From positions 4,712,001-4,776,000 of the forward strand of contig JAWMAR010000152.1 in the NCBI GenBank assembly GCA_036785375.1: a DNA stretch of 64,000 nt, read 5' to 3'. This DNA comes from Leucoraja ocellata (taxonomy: Eukaryota). The first letter of the stretch is position 1; each line of letters begins with the position of its first letter. The notes below the pieces were generated by a model that saw nothing but the letters and a program-made list of their open reading frames with translations, was not told where the DNA came from and made no database searches. Below are positions 1 through 56,960 of the stretch, piece by piece. The position numbers and the translations under genes are program-made.

Positions 1-224
1 AATTTTCTGTCGACATCTGTTTTTTTTTTTAACTACTGCCTTGTTTAATTCACCTGAGTGTTTATGTTGTATCTCCAACTGAAGCTTGACTAATACATCT
101 CTTCATAAAGTTACCAGTCAGATCCCAATAACTGCGGCGTGTGCAATTCGGATGACATTTAAAAAAAAAAACATGAATGCCCTTCACTGGCTGCGAGCTA
201 ACTACCATCAACAAAATAACTTGT

Positions 225-365
225 ACCAAAGAGTTAAGTTATAAAGGAAGGTTAGGCAATCTGGGCTGTTTTCTGTGGAAAAGAGACTTTCAAGGACCTA
301 ATCAAAGGCCTCATGATTATGAAAATCAATCAACACAAAGCTTTTAAAGAGAGTAGAACCATGGG
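225..365 (+). mobile_element. Degenerate CR1 LINE ORF2 fragment
   Basis: Resembles the LSYEERL..LGLFSLE....DLI..KIM segment of CR1 ORF2. Confidence 0.5.
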
Positions 366-1214
366 TTGAAAGGCATTTCGGTGGAAATGATTTATGCTCA
401 ACTTTCCTGTTCCTGAAAATTGTTCTTAATATTGTCCCAACAATATGTTCTTGCCGTATGTATTTATTTAATAAACCCTGTAAAGCCATTGCCGAACTTA
501 GCTGCAAAGTCCTTAAACTCCTGAAAATCTAAATGTACTTTCTTGAAGTGTTTCAGTTGAGAGTTTACCAGATCAGGATTTTAATTACATTTTCTTTGAA
601 ACCTTTTTTCCAAATCACTGGATATGCTCCATAGTAACGCCATTCAGCACAAGCCATACCCACATTGATGAATGCTTTCCATTTTTGAATGCATGGCCTA
701 TACCAATACCACTGGGATCAGCTACCCCAAACACACTTGGCACACTTCATATTTGTACAACAGTGTATACACACTGGAGTTATTCCAGACCACAATTTAC
801 AGTGCAGCGCCTCATCCGAATCACTGGATGTACTCTTAACCAAGACCACTGGGAATAACCCGACCCAAAATATTCAGCCCACGACATACACATACAACTT
901 GACATGAGGGTACACAAATCACTGCTGATACCCAGTATCCAAAACCATGAGATACATTTTTGGACATCTTCCACACCCACACTAGTGGGTATCATAGTAT
1001 TAGTAGTCATGTCCTGTACCCATATCATCTTTCTAGCCAAATTCTCCAATCAATGAAACACTCATATTACTGGGCATAGGTCAAAACTAATTATTAGACA
1101 CAAGCTTAACTAGTGGATGTGATTTGTATTAGATTGGGTGTCTTTATTTCCAAGTGCATGTTTTGCACTCATGCTGCCAGTCATTTATTTATCCCTATAA
1201 CCAGCATGGCGAGT

Positions 1215-1590
1215 TGACATTGGTGATATAGTGGTTATGCTACCAGAAAAGCAGCTTGAATTATGGATCGTTACTTCTGAAATATGAGTTCAAAGCTCAC
1301 CAAGGAGCCTTGGGTTTAAATTCAAGTCATTATTTAACATTGGGAATTTCATGGAACAAAGCAAGTAGCTAACCTCAAAACTACCGGATTGATGGAACAA
1401 AATAATCTGGTTCGCTTGTGTCCTTCAAGGTAGAAATCTGCCATCCTTGCCCAAATAGGCCTCGCTGTGCCTCCAGGCCTATCAATATGGTTGATTTAAT
1501 GGCCTCCTCAGTTTCAGAGGCAATTAGCGATGGACAATAGTTGCCACCACTGCTAGCAATGTCCTCATTCTATGAATGAATTAGTAAAAT
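1215..1590 (+). mobile_element. Old tRNA-derived SINE with an L2/CR1-like tail
   Basis: A-box-like tagtggtta and B-box-like gagttcaaagctc. Tail gcaattagcgatggacaata...atgaatgaa is shared with the LINE end at 18120-18410. Confidence 0.55.
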
Positions 1591-2072
1591 AGATTATTAT
1601 CATTACCCATATTCATTGGACATGGCCTGCACCATGACTTGTATCCAAACAACTGGTTGTGCAGATATGACTTTTGTGCCCATCATTGGCTGCGACTTTT
1701 GCCTATGCCACCAAGCATGTTGTCAGACATTTTTTAAGGCATCGAACATCATGGGAGTGGCTTTGTGTGACAAATCAAAATCAAGGGATTTACAAGGGGG
1801 AGTAAAATTTTCCATTGGTAATTGTGTGGTATTTGATATTTATCAACTTTATTGATTTCAATATGGATCATTCTAACCTTAGCATAACTAGGTGCAGCAA
1901 TCTGCAACTTTCCCATTATCTAAATCTTTCTTCATTAGCACCATAGAAATACACATGCTTGCTTGCCAGTAGCAAATGTCAGTATTACTTTAAGAATAAT
2001 TGAATTTGTCATATTTTTGGATTATGGCAGAGAATGCCGCGCTGGTCTTAATATTGCTGGACATTGGCCTAA

Positions 2073-45883
<43,811 letters not shown>

Positions 45884-45926
45884 AATAATAAGGACCTCAG
45901 TACTTTCCAATCACTTCTAGGACTTC

Positions 45927-45934
45927 TGCACTGA
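45927..45934 (+). promoter_or_regulatory. miR-148/152 8mer seed match (TGCACTGA)
   Basis: Exact 8mer in the proximal 3'UTR. Confidence 0.6.
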
Positions 45935-46182
45935 ATGGCTGATCCAATCCATCACTCCATTCATCCACACGCTTACATTTTGGACTTCATGGCCTAGCTG
46001 GACAGACGGTGAAAACGGTTAATTTATTTATTGTTTTCCTGTAAGATCTTCAGATCAGGCGAAAGTGTTTACTGATATCTGTTGAAGGCCCTCCCTTGGA
46101 TTGTACCAGCACAGGTATTATTAATGTTCATGCCGTACCAGTCTGTAAGGTTACCAGCAGGAGACTGTGTAAAATATTAAAA

Positions 46183-46190
46183 TGGTGCTA
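46183..46190 (+). promoter_or_regulatory. miR-29 8mer seed match (TGGTGCTA)
   Basis: Exact 8mer. miR-29 is an established regulator of collagen mRNAs. A second 7mer (TGGTGCT) lies at 46596-46602. Confidence 0.7.
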
Positions 46191-46402
46191 TGTTGTAAAA
46201 CCAGTCTGTAACATGGAGAACAATTGATATAAAAAAAAATGTGGAAAGTACAAGTTGATCTGGGCTTTTTTTTGTGGATTTTTTTTTTTGTTTTGCAGAC
46301 TTTTGAGAGATTGAACTGCTCCAGTATCTAATTTTACCTGCCCTCTTTTTCTATCAAGATGAAGGAAGTTTGGAACACAATCTAGAACTTCCCCAGTTTA
46401 AG

Positions 46403-46410
46403 CTACCTCA
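46403..46410 (+). promoter_or_regulatory. let-7 8mer seed match (CTACCTCA)
   Basis: Exact 8mer in the 3'UTR. Confidence 0.5.
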
Positions 46411-47262
46411 CACTAATGATCTTGAAGGGACTAAACACACAGGAGCAGGAACAGAAGCTGGGGTGGCGGGAAAGAAAAGTCCCAAGATTCTCCCATGTGC
46501 AGTTTAATTTGTTAAAAAAAAAAAGGTACTTTTTGGGCTTTAGCTCCTCTTCCTGTGACAGTTTAGTGAACTAGAGGGATCCAGTCAAGATTTGATGGTG
46601 CTGAATAAAATAATTCCAAAGCTGCCAATTGCTGTTACAGAATTGTAACACCAACATAACATCCAGTCATTTTTATAAATAACAAAATCAGTATTAAGCA
46701 GCAAACGAATTCTAAATGGATGATGTGTGGTCTCATCTCCAACCAAATCTTGTGAAAACCACATTAATTTTTTCCCCTATGTTTTCCAAAGTTAGGCATG
46801 TGGATAAAATTAATTCTTTTTTCCCTATGACCTATTTTCTCCATAACTCCATGCATCTCTAGCTTTTGTGCAATCTTTTTCTTGTAACTAGAGGGGAAAA
46901 AAAAGGAAAAGAGGTAGGCTTTTTTTGGGGGGGGGGGGGCAAAACAAACCAAGGATATGTACTATTTTGTATATGTAAAATAGTTCAAATGTTTTTAAAT
47001 ATTTTGCCATACTGGTTTGAAGCATGGTAGATTAGAACATTCCCATCACAACACTAATGATCTATGCTCCTTGTGAAAAGCTTCTGTCACTTTGTACTTT
47101 TTTTCTCAACCCACTACCCCTCAACAGCAATAAAGATAGAAAGCTTTTCTATAAACACATTTGTTTTGATTTTTTTTTATTTGTATTAAATCCATCCTAT
47201 GATGTATCTTTGTTGAAAATGTTTATCTATTCTGGGATATTTCATGACAGAAAAATGAAACA

Positions 47263-47268
47263 AATAAA
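47263..47268 (+). terminator. Distal polyadenylation signal of col2a1 (alternatives at 46604-46609 and 47129-47134)
   Basis: AATAAA followed about 35 nt later by a GT/T-rich element (ctgttttttg). Confidence 0.55.
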
Positions 47269-47336
47269 ACTTAATTTAAAAAAGTGCCCACCATGGTTTC
47301 CACTGTTTTTTGATCCAAAGGTTATTCACCATGCCC

Positions 47337-47733
47337 TAGACAATAGGTGCAGGAGTAGGCCATTCGGCCCTTCGAGCCAGCACCGCCATTCAATGTGATC
47401 ACGGCTGATCATCCCCAATCAGTACCCCGTTCCTGCCTTCTCCCCATATCCCCTGACTTCGCTATTTTTAAGAGCACTATCTAGCTCTCTTGAAAGCATC
47501 CAGAGAACCTGCCTCCACCGCCCTCTGAGGCAGAGAATTCCACAGTCTCACCACTCTCTGTGAGAAAAAGTGTTTCCTCATCTCCGTTCTAAATGGCTTA
47601 CTCCTTTTATTCTTAAACTATGGCCCCTGTTTCTGGACTCCCCCAACATCAGGAACACGTTTCCTGCCTCTAGCATGTTCAAACCCTTAACAATGTTGTA
47701 TGTTTCAATGAGATCCCTCTCATCCTTCTAAAC
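47337..47733 (-). mobile_element. CR1 3' fragment just downstream of col2a1
   Basis: tagacaataggtgcaggagtaggccattcggcccttcgag...tttcaatgagatccctctcatccttctaaactc. Confidence 0.9.
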
Positions 47734-48295
47734 TCTACACTCAGGGCTGTCGCCAGGACAGCCCCTAACAGAAAGAGACCCTCTATCCTACCTTGTTTTA
47801 ATTCCACCTCCTGATGCTCATTGGGCGTCAGCAGTCTCTCCCATCCCCAGCAGATGGTTTCCATATGAAAACCAAAAAGGAGAAAGTGTGATTAGATGTA
47901 TCTTTTCCCTTACCCAATGCCACAGGAATAGCAAACCATAGCGCAAATCCCGACCCCATTGAAACAAACTGCAGTACCCCAACAGCCCGGTCACAAAGTG
48001 TCAGCCATCTTAGGAACCAGGAGAAAACATTGGTGGGTATGATGATCACCAGCCAGCAGGTGTTGCAGGAGCTCTACACAAAAGTAACTTAATGAGATTT
48101 AATCATTAATTAATGGGCATGGCGAGAACTCAATTGTAACCCAACCTGGCTTGCAGGTGAACAAAAAAAAAAGCTAATTAAAACCCCATTAATTTTTAAC
48201 TCTCCAAGGTGTAAAAGCAACGTTTCCCTCCCAAATGCCACAAAATTCCCTGCCAGTACAATTCATTAAAATGACCCTTGAAAAATTTTGGAGGG

Positions 48296-48376
48296 AACAC
48301 AAAACGCTGGAGAAATTCAGCGGGTGAGGCAGCATCTATGGAGAGAAGGCCACGTTTCGGGTCGAGACCATTCAGT
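48296..48376 (-). mobile_element. Penelope-derived short element arm (others at 50935-51055 and 60935-61015)
   Basis: cacaaaacgctggagaaattcagcgggtgaggcagcatctatggag..cgtttcgggtcgagacc. Confidence 0.75.
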
Positions 48377-48956
48377 AATTTTTTAGAATTTTTAGCTAGG
48401 GTGAGCATTCAAATCCCAATTGAATTGGGAGGTGTGTTTGTAACTAGCCTTAAAAGATATCTAACACTTAATGCATCCTTTAATAAAATCGTAATGGTGA
48501 AACTATTTCAGATCCTGTTCTGTACCATGATGCAGCACTCTGACCCACATTTTACCATTTTACTTGCTTCAATCTTGACTGGTCCATTCGAGTAGAGCCA
48601 TGTTCCCACAGAAGGGAAGGATATGGCAAGCTGGAGTTGCAGGAAACACGATGCTGTTATGGGTGGGTTATTTCACCACCCTCTCACCTGGGACACAATG
48701 AACACTGCGAGGGAAGCAAAATGATTATTTAAAAGACACCACGTCATAATAATTGTAGTAATAACAATTGTAAACATTGTAGAATAGAATTGTACTAAAG
48801 ATGATGATCTAGGATTAGCTGCCGAAATAGGTTACGTATTTTGTAGAAAACTACTGAATAACTTAAATTTTACTGACAAGATTTCTGCTATTCTGAAAAT
48901 ACTTTAAACAATGGTTTAACAATTCAATATAGGTCTAACAATTCCTAGGTCTAACA

Positions 48957-49083
48957 GAATCAAGGGATATGGGGGAAAAACCAGGAACGGGGTACTGATT
49001 CTGGATGATCAGCCATGATCATATTGAATGGCAGTGCCTGTTCGAAGGTCCGAATAGCCTACTCCTGCACCTATTTTCTATGT
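48957..49083 (+). mobile_element. CR1 3' end fragment
   Basis: gaatcaagggatatggggg...gatcagccatgatcatattgaatggc...ctactcctgcacctattttctatgt. Confidence 0.85.
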
Positions 49084-49576
49084 GAAGAATAAGGAAGATT
49101 ACAATAGGTACATGCTGAAGGTCTATTACTCATCTCTGGCCCAATATCAAAATCGCAAAATTGCTTATTCAGGGCAATATCTTATTACCAGTGGATCGGG
49201 CTACTCCTACTATTTATTTCTGGATTTTCAGTGCACGCTCAGGCCGATTAGCTGTTCGGTTCCTAAACCCGTGGAGGCCAAACAGGCAACTGCATTGCGC
49301 TCAACTCTTTATTGCTGTATGTCTCAGTTTCAGATTTTATATTTTAAAGATAAGTAAATGCCACAAGATTGGATGAAGTTATTTTGCCACGTATATATTC
49401 AAGGAAACCATAGCTTACTATATTTAGTATTGAACCCAAGATACTCAGCAGGCAATAAAAAGGCGGCAGAAAGGATTAAGGAAAAAGGCTTATGCCTGAA
49501 CGAATGATTCAGCCGGGGAAATCCACTTCTGCTCAGTAAACATTTTATCCAACAGGGAATTCATCCATCGACCACA

Positions 49577-50057
49577 CTTCAGATTCAGATTCAATTTTAA
49601 TTGTCATTGTCAGTGTACAGTACAGAGACAACAAAATGCATTTAGCATCTCCCTGGAAGAGCGACATAGCAAATTATTTGAATAAATAATAATAAGTGTC
49701 CGGGGGGGGGTTGGTGATTGGTAGTCACCGAGGTATGTTGTTGAGTAGAGTGACAGCCGCCGGGAAGAAGCTGTTCCTCGACCTGCTGGTTCGGCAACGG
49801 AGAGACCTGTAGCGCCTCCCGGATGGTAGGAGGGTAAACAGTCCATGGTTGGGGTGAGAGCAGTCCTTGGCGATGCCGAGTGCCCTCCGCAGACAGCGCT
49901 TGCTTTGGACAGACTCAATGGAGGGGAGCGAGGAACCGGTGATGCGGTGGCCAATTTTCACCACCCTCTGCAGTGCCTTCCGGTCGGAGAGAGCAGTTGC
50001 CATACCATACTGTGATGCAGTTGGTAAGGATGCTCTCGATGGTGCAGCGGTAGAAGA
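49577..50057 (-). mobile_element. Young Rex1/Babar-type LINE 3' fragment
   Basis: Minus ORF SDRKALQRVVKIGHRITGSSLPSIE...HPNHGLFTLLPSGRRYRSLRCRTSRSRNSFFPAAVTLLN; (TTCAGA)n tail; CpGs intact. Confidence 0.9.
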
Positions 50058-51889
50058 TCTGCGATCAGCATTAGTTATGCGATCATAGTTATGCGATAGG
50101 TATCATAGTTATGCGATCAGCCATTCGTCACAAACTAAAATGACTTGCAGGAATTCCATTTGGTAGTATAAAGAATGCAAGGCCTTGTTTTCTGTCATTT
50201 TAAAGCCCTTATCCAGCAAGACATGATGTGCGCAATAAGGCAAACACAAGCTGCAATGCTTAACAGATAACTGAACAAAATAATAACTCTTAAAAACTTC
50301 CATATTTGCAGCTGGGTTCCAGCAGTAAGCTGACAGGCCCAAGAAACTGTCAGTGCGGCACTACTTATCAGCTCCCATATTAACAACTATTTCAAACATG
50401 CAAAAAACCATTAGCAGGGTGAGCAGGAGGAGAATAAAAGCTTTTGTACAACAACTTGCCATTTGAACGGTTGGCGCACAGCGACGCAGCATTTCGTATA
50501 GTCTAAACAGTTGATATGGTGAACTCTTCAGGGAGTTGCAAATTGCCAGTTCCATGTCACTATATCAAATGGCTTAGAATAAATTTAGCACAAATTAAGC
50601 TGCCTGTGTAATTGGAAAAAGACCCAATTTAAATAGAAGATCCTGACATTAAGAGCATGAGGCACTTTGCACTAATTAAACGGTCTGACATGAAGCACAT
50701 TGTCATATAGAACGTGCAGCAGACAGTGCACAGCAAGGTTCCTGACAGCTGAGGTAATGACCAAGTCATTGGATTTTGATGTTAGTTGAGATATATTATC
50801 CAAGACACCCCCTGCTCTCCAAAATAATAGCACGTCCATCTGCGAGAAGGCAATATCATTGATGTCTTATCTTTGAAATGGCACTTCAATGAGTACAGGA
50901 TTCAAGTCGTTAACTAGAGTATCAATTTAAAGTTAGACACAAAATGCAGGAGTAAATCAGCTGGACGGGCAGCATCTCTGGATAGAAGGAATTGGCGATG
51001 TTTTGGGTCGAGACCTTTCTTCAGACCGAATTCAAAGACCCTTCTTCAGACTGAACCAATTTAAAGTTATTGGATTGAGACTCACCAGGCATTTGAGTCT
51101 AAAATCTTCAACTATGCCACAGCTTGAGGGGGGGGGGGGGTAAAAAAGCACATATACACAGTCTGTAATACACATTCAGCATACAATTCACTTGGTAAAG
51201 TACTTCAGACATTTTGAATTCTGACCATTGTGATCAGCAGGTAACAGCTGGATGACAGGGACACACAGAATAAAAGGGACACATCTTTATTGAGATTTTC
51301 AACCATATTTTGGGTGCATTTCACTGAGCAGGGCAAGTATTGTACCATCTCTGGGAATTCTTTGTAGACTACATTCAAGTATAATACTCCATGCAAGCTT
51401 GGCACTCAGAGAAATTCTTCATGCAGCTTGCGCCCAAAACAGCCTCGGATTCAAGTCAACCACACTGAAGCTGGATGGCTGGGAAGCCATCACTTGGAAC
51501 AAGAGATGGCAGCGTAACAGCAGCTTAAATTAACATACGCTGCAATGTACTCATAAACAAGAGTTACAGGGAAGAGAGAAACACAGTATTCATTGTTGGT
51601 CTTTGGAGCTACGCCATTCGACCAGGCAAATAAAACGGTCTCATTTGGAGAATACGCTCAACTGAAACAATAGCACATTGTGGAAGCTTGAAACCGATGA
51701 CACTTGAAGTCAAATTGTGGTTCTATGCAACACTCTGGAGATCAAAACATACTATAATAAACTAGCATTAATCACATTGTTTAGATCCACTTCGACATGG
51801 CCTCGGGTTGTATCACTCCAATCAACGTGCTCAAACTAATTACAGAAATTTACATTTTGTTATTTAATTGTTCATGGGAAAAGGACTTA

Positions 51890-52160
51890 ATCGATAACCC
51901 TAATCGCGCCTGAACTGAGGAGCCAGCTGCATCAACCCGACTCATGGGTCAGGAGTCAAGTTGGGCAGACTGGTTAAGGACGGCATGTGTCTTGCTCTGA
52001 AAGACACTAGTGAATCAGACGCATTTTTCCAACAATCTAGTGTCAAAAGGACATTATCAAAAGCCTTAATTTGTTTTTAAATTTAGAATTATTTGAATTT
52101 GTCACTTTTTTAAATGCAGAATTATTTGAATTCCTCACTACCTTCATCCGATTTGAACTT
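51890..52160 (-). mobile_element. Old SINE related to 1215-1590
   Basis: ccctaatcg..aactgagg...taaggacggca...gacactagtgaatcagac...atttgaact. Confidence 0.5.
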
Positions 52161-53851
52161 ATTATCCTTATCAATGGCCCAGAACATAAGAGTATCAGTC
52201 ACTTGACTATCATCCTACCATACACAATACACTTGTTTGCATCATCATACCAAAGACTGGTACCCAAAGGCTCTGGTACAAATTACCCCCCCCCCCACAG
52301 TTTAGGAGTCAACTTTAAAAGGCAATACACTCATCTGAAAAGTAGTTTTGACTGGGGCCTGGAACTACTTTACAACAAAAGCAAAACACTGAGGTTCTCG
52401 AAACTTCGGTAGAGGCAGACGGATGGTTAACATTTCAGGTCGAGACCTAGCATCATTTAGCTCTTTCACAGCCATGGCTTTCTTGCAAGGAGAGGCTGCA
52501 GCAAACATGTTTAGAATGATTAAAATCTCATCAGGTTCTGCTGTGGTACACTCAAAACTCCAATGGAAGTGCAGTGTATAAGAATCATATCTACTGCAAA
52601 ACTCAGCAACGCTGCAACAGAGCTGGATTTTGGCAACACAGACAGAAGATTAGCAATTTGGACCAAGAGCAAGTCTGGTTATCAACTGTTAGTTGGCTGC
52701 CCAAATCAAGGCAACAGTGTCCTGCTTAAACTAGGCATAATCTTCACTCTTTAAGCGCATGGATGACATTAAGCCTCTATGCAGTGGCAGACTGGGTCTA
52801 AAAATATTGCTTGCCAGGAGACAAAGGGGGCCCACCCACAACTACAATGCTATCATTTAACAGGGGCCCACTTGCCATCACTTGCTATCACTTCATCAGG
52901 GGCCCACATGCCATCGGGCAAGCTGACACCCTGGCCAGTCCACCACTGCCTATATGAATGATTGTCTCAAGCACCACACAAATTTGTTCACAGCCAAACA
53001 ATGAATTTCAGCTTAAAGAGATTCTAGCTATGACACATCACACTTGGTTTTGAACTTTTAAACATTATATCCAGCATCATTCAAGAGTAGCAGTGTTAGA
53101 AACAGTCAGTCACATACAACAGTGCCAGTACAACAGCTATTTGATAGCAGGCTTGTCAATTTACTCGTGAAAATATTCTACATAACTAAAAGAAAATGGC
53201 TCTTGCCTCCAATCACCATCTACTTGGAATGATGTATAATTGCATTTTGCGCTGTACATACATGAGCTTTAGTCACAGCAGATATGTGCCCCACTTTTGA
53301 AAAGCAACTATCAATGTATTAAAAAAATACAAGCAGTCAAGGATAGAAATAGAGGCCAGAACCAAAGCTGATCAAGGATCTGGTGCCAATATGGGATGTG
53401 AAGGTACAATTCAGTAAATTGGTTCGCAGAAGAGTCCTGGGCCGAACCAGATAGCAAGTAGTCAGACAGTGCTTCATTGGATTTTGTACTGAACACACAA
53501 TTCTGCAAACATCTTAGAAATGTGGTGGGATGAAAGAGTCGCATCCTGGCCAACGCAGCAATGTCACCAAGGACTTGAATACACCAGCAGTAAACACATG
53601 GGCATAGACCAGCGGTGCAAAATGGTGCCAAAAAACAAAATAGAAAGCATTAAGCTGCTCAGCTATGAATGAATCTTTGCGCAAAATTTCTAGATGATTA
53701 CTTTAATGGCTCATTAGAAAATTTACATGGTCATGGCATGGTGCCAGATTAGCATTTCCCATGGTGCAAGAACAAGACATTAAAAAGCTCAAAGCAGTAC
53801 TTCACATCACTGAGAAATATATCATTCAGTACACTAGTGCCTTAATCAACA

Positions 53852-53857
53852 TTTATT
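53852..53857 (-). terminator. Probable tmem106c polyadenylation signal (3'UTR about 2.5 kb)
   Basis: TTTATT on + (AATAAA on -) at the end of a repeat-poor UTR-like tract. Another candidate lies near 54572. Confidence 0.45.
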
Positions 53858-56352
53858 TGGAAAAGTGCTAGTAACTGACAGCATTACATTTAAACAATGC
53901 ACATCAGTTCAGTGCTAAAGACATTTCAGCCTGGTCAGGCCTCCTGTCCTTTCCCTTGGAAAGAAAACAATTCAGTATGAAACATGATTAAATACTCTTC
54001 TCTATAAGCAGAATTAAAAAGTCATTGTTACAAAAGCTGTGGAACGATGGGCAAAAGATCTCACAAAAAGAACAACCTTCCAGTAGTGGCTGGGTTGAGA
54101 ATTGGACAAACCAAAATTAATGATTTGGTGAAACCTCACATGGATTGAGCTATATTGCCAATGTTTCCCCAAACGGCAACCAATGCACATTTTAGGGGGA
54201 AATGTTCACGTCAACACTGACCACAAAAGCAGATGTTCTGTACATAATACATTTTAAAATAGGGAATGGCAGAGGATCACTGTACCCATTTATCACCCTC
54301 CATCCACTGCTGAAATTTTAAGCAACTGGCCCTAAGCTCATCATTTAGTAGAATACTCAAACTAATGGACAAGTATCAGCCTCGCAGTTCTTGGAGCAAA
54401 TGATGGTGTTGGAATATTGGTTTCAAATAACACGGCACAATTATTGGCAAAGTCAGGTTGCCAGTTACATAAAGATCAGTTTCTAACTGGCAAAGAGAAA
54501 AGGTATAAATTCTGCTGAAAGAATGAGTAGGGAATTAAATTTATGAAAGCTATTAGATTGGGTTTTTTAATTTTATTGTTTTTCTAGACGCTTCTGCACC
54601 ACTCAACCAAGGTAAAAACCTGCGGTCACATCACGTTTGCAAAGACAAGTTGGAATTCCAACACCACGTTTCTTCTCCCACCTGCCCAATGATGGTTCTA
54701 CATGTACAGAAGAACTAGGTCTCGTTTCAATGGACAGTTTGAACATCACAGAACATTTTGGCAATGACCAGTGGCATTTTTCATTAAACAGGCACTGCCC
54801 AAACCAAATCACAGGCTAACGCTCAAGATGAAAGGACTTCATTACATGTCAGCCTCCTTCTCATCCCAACACCACTGGAAATGGGTGCATACACAATAAA
54901 CACCCTTATAGTGCAAACACATCTTGAAATAAATGACACCACAAAAATAAAATCCATGCTTTCCAGTACCATTTTTTTTCCACGTTAAGTGACAGGAATA
55001 AAAACATGTATTTTCAGTCTTCTCTCTTCTGGTCTAGTCTGCTCCACAGGGAACAAAACAATCGTGCAAGTCCCCCTTAGGTTCTGGTGCATTTGGCAAG
55101 GAAGGCGTTGGCACCCATACAAAAAATGTGAAGAGATTACTAATGAAGTTAGCTAGAATACTAGTTATCTTCCATTTACACTTTGAGCTTCAGTAGTTTA
55201 GAGACTTACTCTGTGCACCCAAACAGTACATAGCTATTTAAACACACCTAGCTTCGGACAGCTACTAGCCACAGGTTCAATTGGACCTGCCCAAAAGGTA
55301 GAGATGCAATAATCAAAAGATTTCCACTTGGTTTTTCATTTTAGGGATTGGAATGAAGTGATCAAGATTGATCCAAGCTAGACAACTTTCGAATTGACCA
55401 TTTTTAGTGATGCAACAGGCTAATCAATAAAGCATGTTAAAAATAACTGGTGTGATAGCAATATGATCCCTGCAATGCATATTAAAACTGTTTCTCCCAA
55501 ATTGCAGTGTTAATTGCTTTTAAATTTACTTGCTACATACACTAGTTGACTTTTCTTTTAAATGGCTTGCAATTCATTTTGTACTCTTGTTAAATGCTCA
55601 ATTCAAACGTAAATATTTTTAACTTTATCAGTCCAAAATTCATTATTGGTAATAACTTGGGTGCAAAGTTTTAATGGGGACTTATTTTCAAATCTTAATT
55701 AAAAAAAAGTTGGTTACCTTCTCCAGGCCAAGTGCATTTAAAATGTGTATATAGAGGGAAGAGGGAAAAGTGAGCAAGAAAAAGGGGGAAGCAAAATATT
55801 CGGGACCAGAATTAAGGACGTCAAAATGTGTAAACGCAAGATTTTAAAAAAAGGGTTGGAGAAAGTGACCAGGTTAGGGCTAAAGTGCACATGTATGTCA
55901 GAGCTAGTGTGCTGGGAGTTGGAAGGGATGAGAGTCAAGAGTATTTTATCATCACATGTTCCAAAATGGAACAATTAAATCATCCAGGGTCATAGGTTGG
56001 TTCTGGGATTTTTAATTTCAGTGTTCAACTGTTGCAATTAGTTTCAGATCATTTGTTGCATGGAACAGGGGGCGCAGACTGCAAATGCAATTGCTTTCTT
56101 ATGGAGGATTGAAGAAGCAGATGAGCACAAGGAGGTTGAAAAAGTGCATTCTTAGGTATTATTTGATTTTTAAAAAAACGACAAATTAAATAGTTGGATA
56201 TGGCCACTGAAACCAAGGATGCAGAAATAGACCCTTCAATTTTCTAGAGAACACCGTCCAGTGTTTAATGAGCGCAAGTTACTTTGAACCGTTACTCTCC
56301 GCCCAAACTCTTTACCCATCGCCACCAATCCCCAAAATAAACTCTTATAATC

Positions 56353-56470
56353 TTAGTGGTTCAAAGAGGGTCTCCTGTATGCTGTAGAATTGGACCCACA
56401 ATCCAAATACCGGTATGCCTCCAAAGAGTTCTGCGATGGATGTCCCAAGTAAGAGCTTTTCACTGTGGTC
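56353..56470 (-). CDS. tmem106c: Transmembrane protein 106 family (likely TMEM106C), last coding exon
   Basis: Minus strand ttctcag|G-TTVKSSYLGHPSQNSLEAYRYLDCGSNSTAYRRPSLNH-TAA matches the TMEM106 C-terminal Y.DCG.N.T motif. TMEM106C is the convergent 3' neighbour of COL2A1 in human (recalled synteny). Confidence 0.9.
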
Positions 56471-56756
56471 CTGAGAAAGGAAAATAAAAAAGGGATAACA
56501 TGGCATAAATTAACTTCCTCAGAGTAGGAACAATTTACATTGCTTTAGGCATACAAGTAGTGACGTTGGCGAGATAACCACTCCAGGCCTTGGACACATG
56601 ACATCTTTAAACTCCACTATGTTGTGTAACATCACAAAGCAGTTTATACTTGGAACAAAATACAGCGGAAAATTGTGATGCGGCACAAGCAGAATGATGT
56701 TCAATCTCATACCCAAAGCCCAGGCATCTCTCTCACACACACACACACACACGCAC

Positions 56757-56960
56757 AAGCAGGAGTAGGCCACCAGGCCCCTCAAGCCTGCCCCACCATT
56801 CAATATGATCATAGATAATTATGCTGGCATCAACTGTTGCTCTGTGCCAGCTTCCTATAACCCTTCATTCCTTCCTTGCAAGTATTTATCCACCTCCATA
56901 AATACATCCAGTGATCAATCCTCCACCATCCTCCAGGACAGAGAATTCCAGAGATTTATA
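56757..56960 (-). mobile_element. Older CR1 3' fragment next to a (CA)n tract
   Basis: gcaggagtaggccaccaggccctcaagcctgc...gagaattccagag. Confidence 0.7.

Larger units (their letters stand above)
45884..47290 (+). other. col2a1: col2a1 3'UTR (3' end approximate)
   Basis: AT-rich stretch after the stop codon, with no recognisable transposon sequence and three AATAAA signals. Transposon sequence resumes at 47337. Confidence 0.7.
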
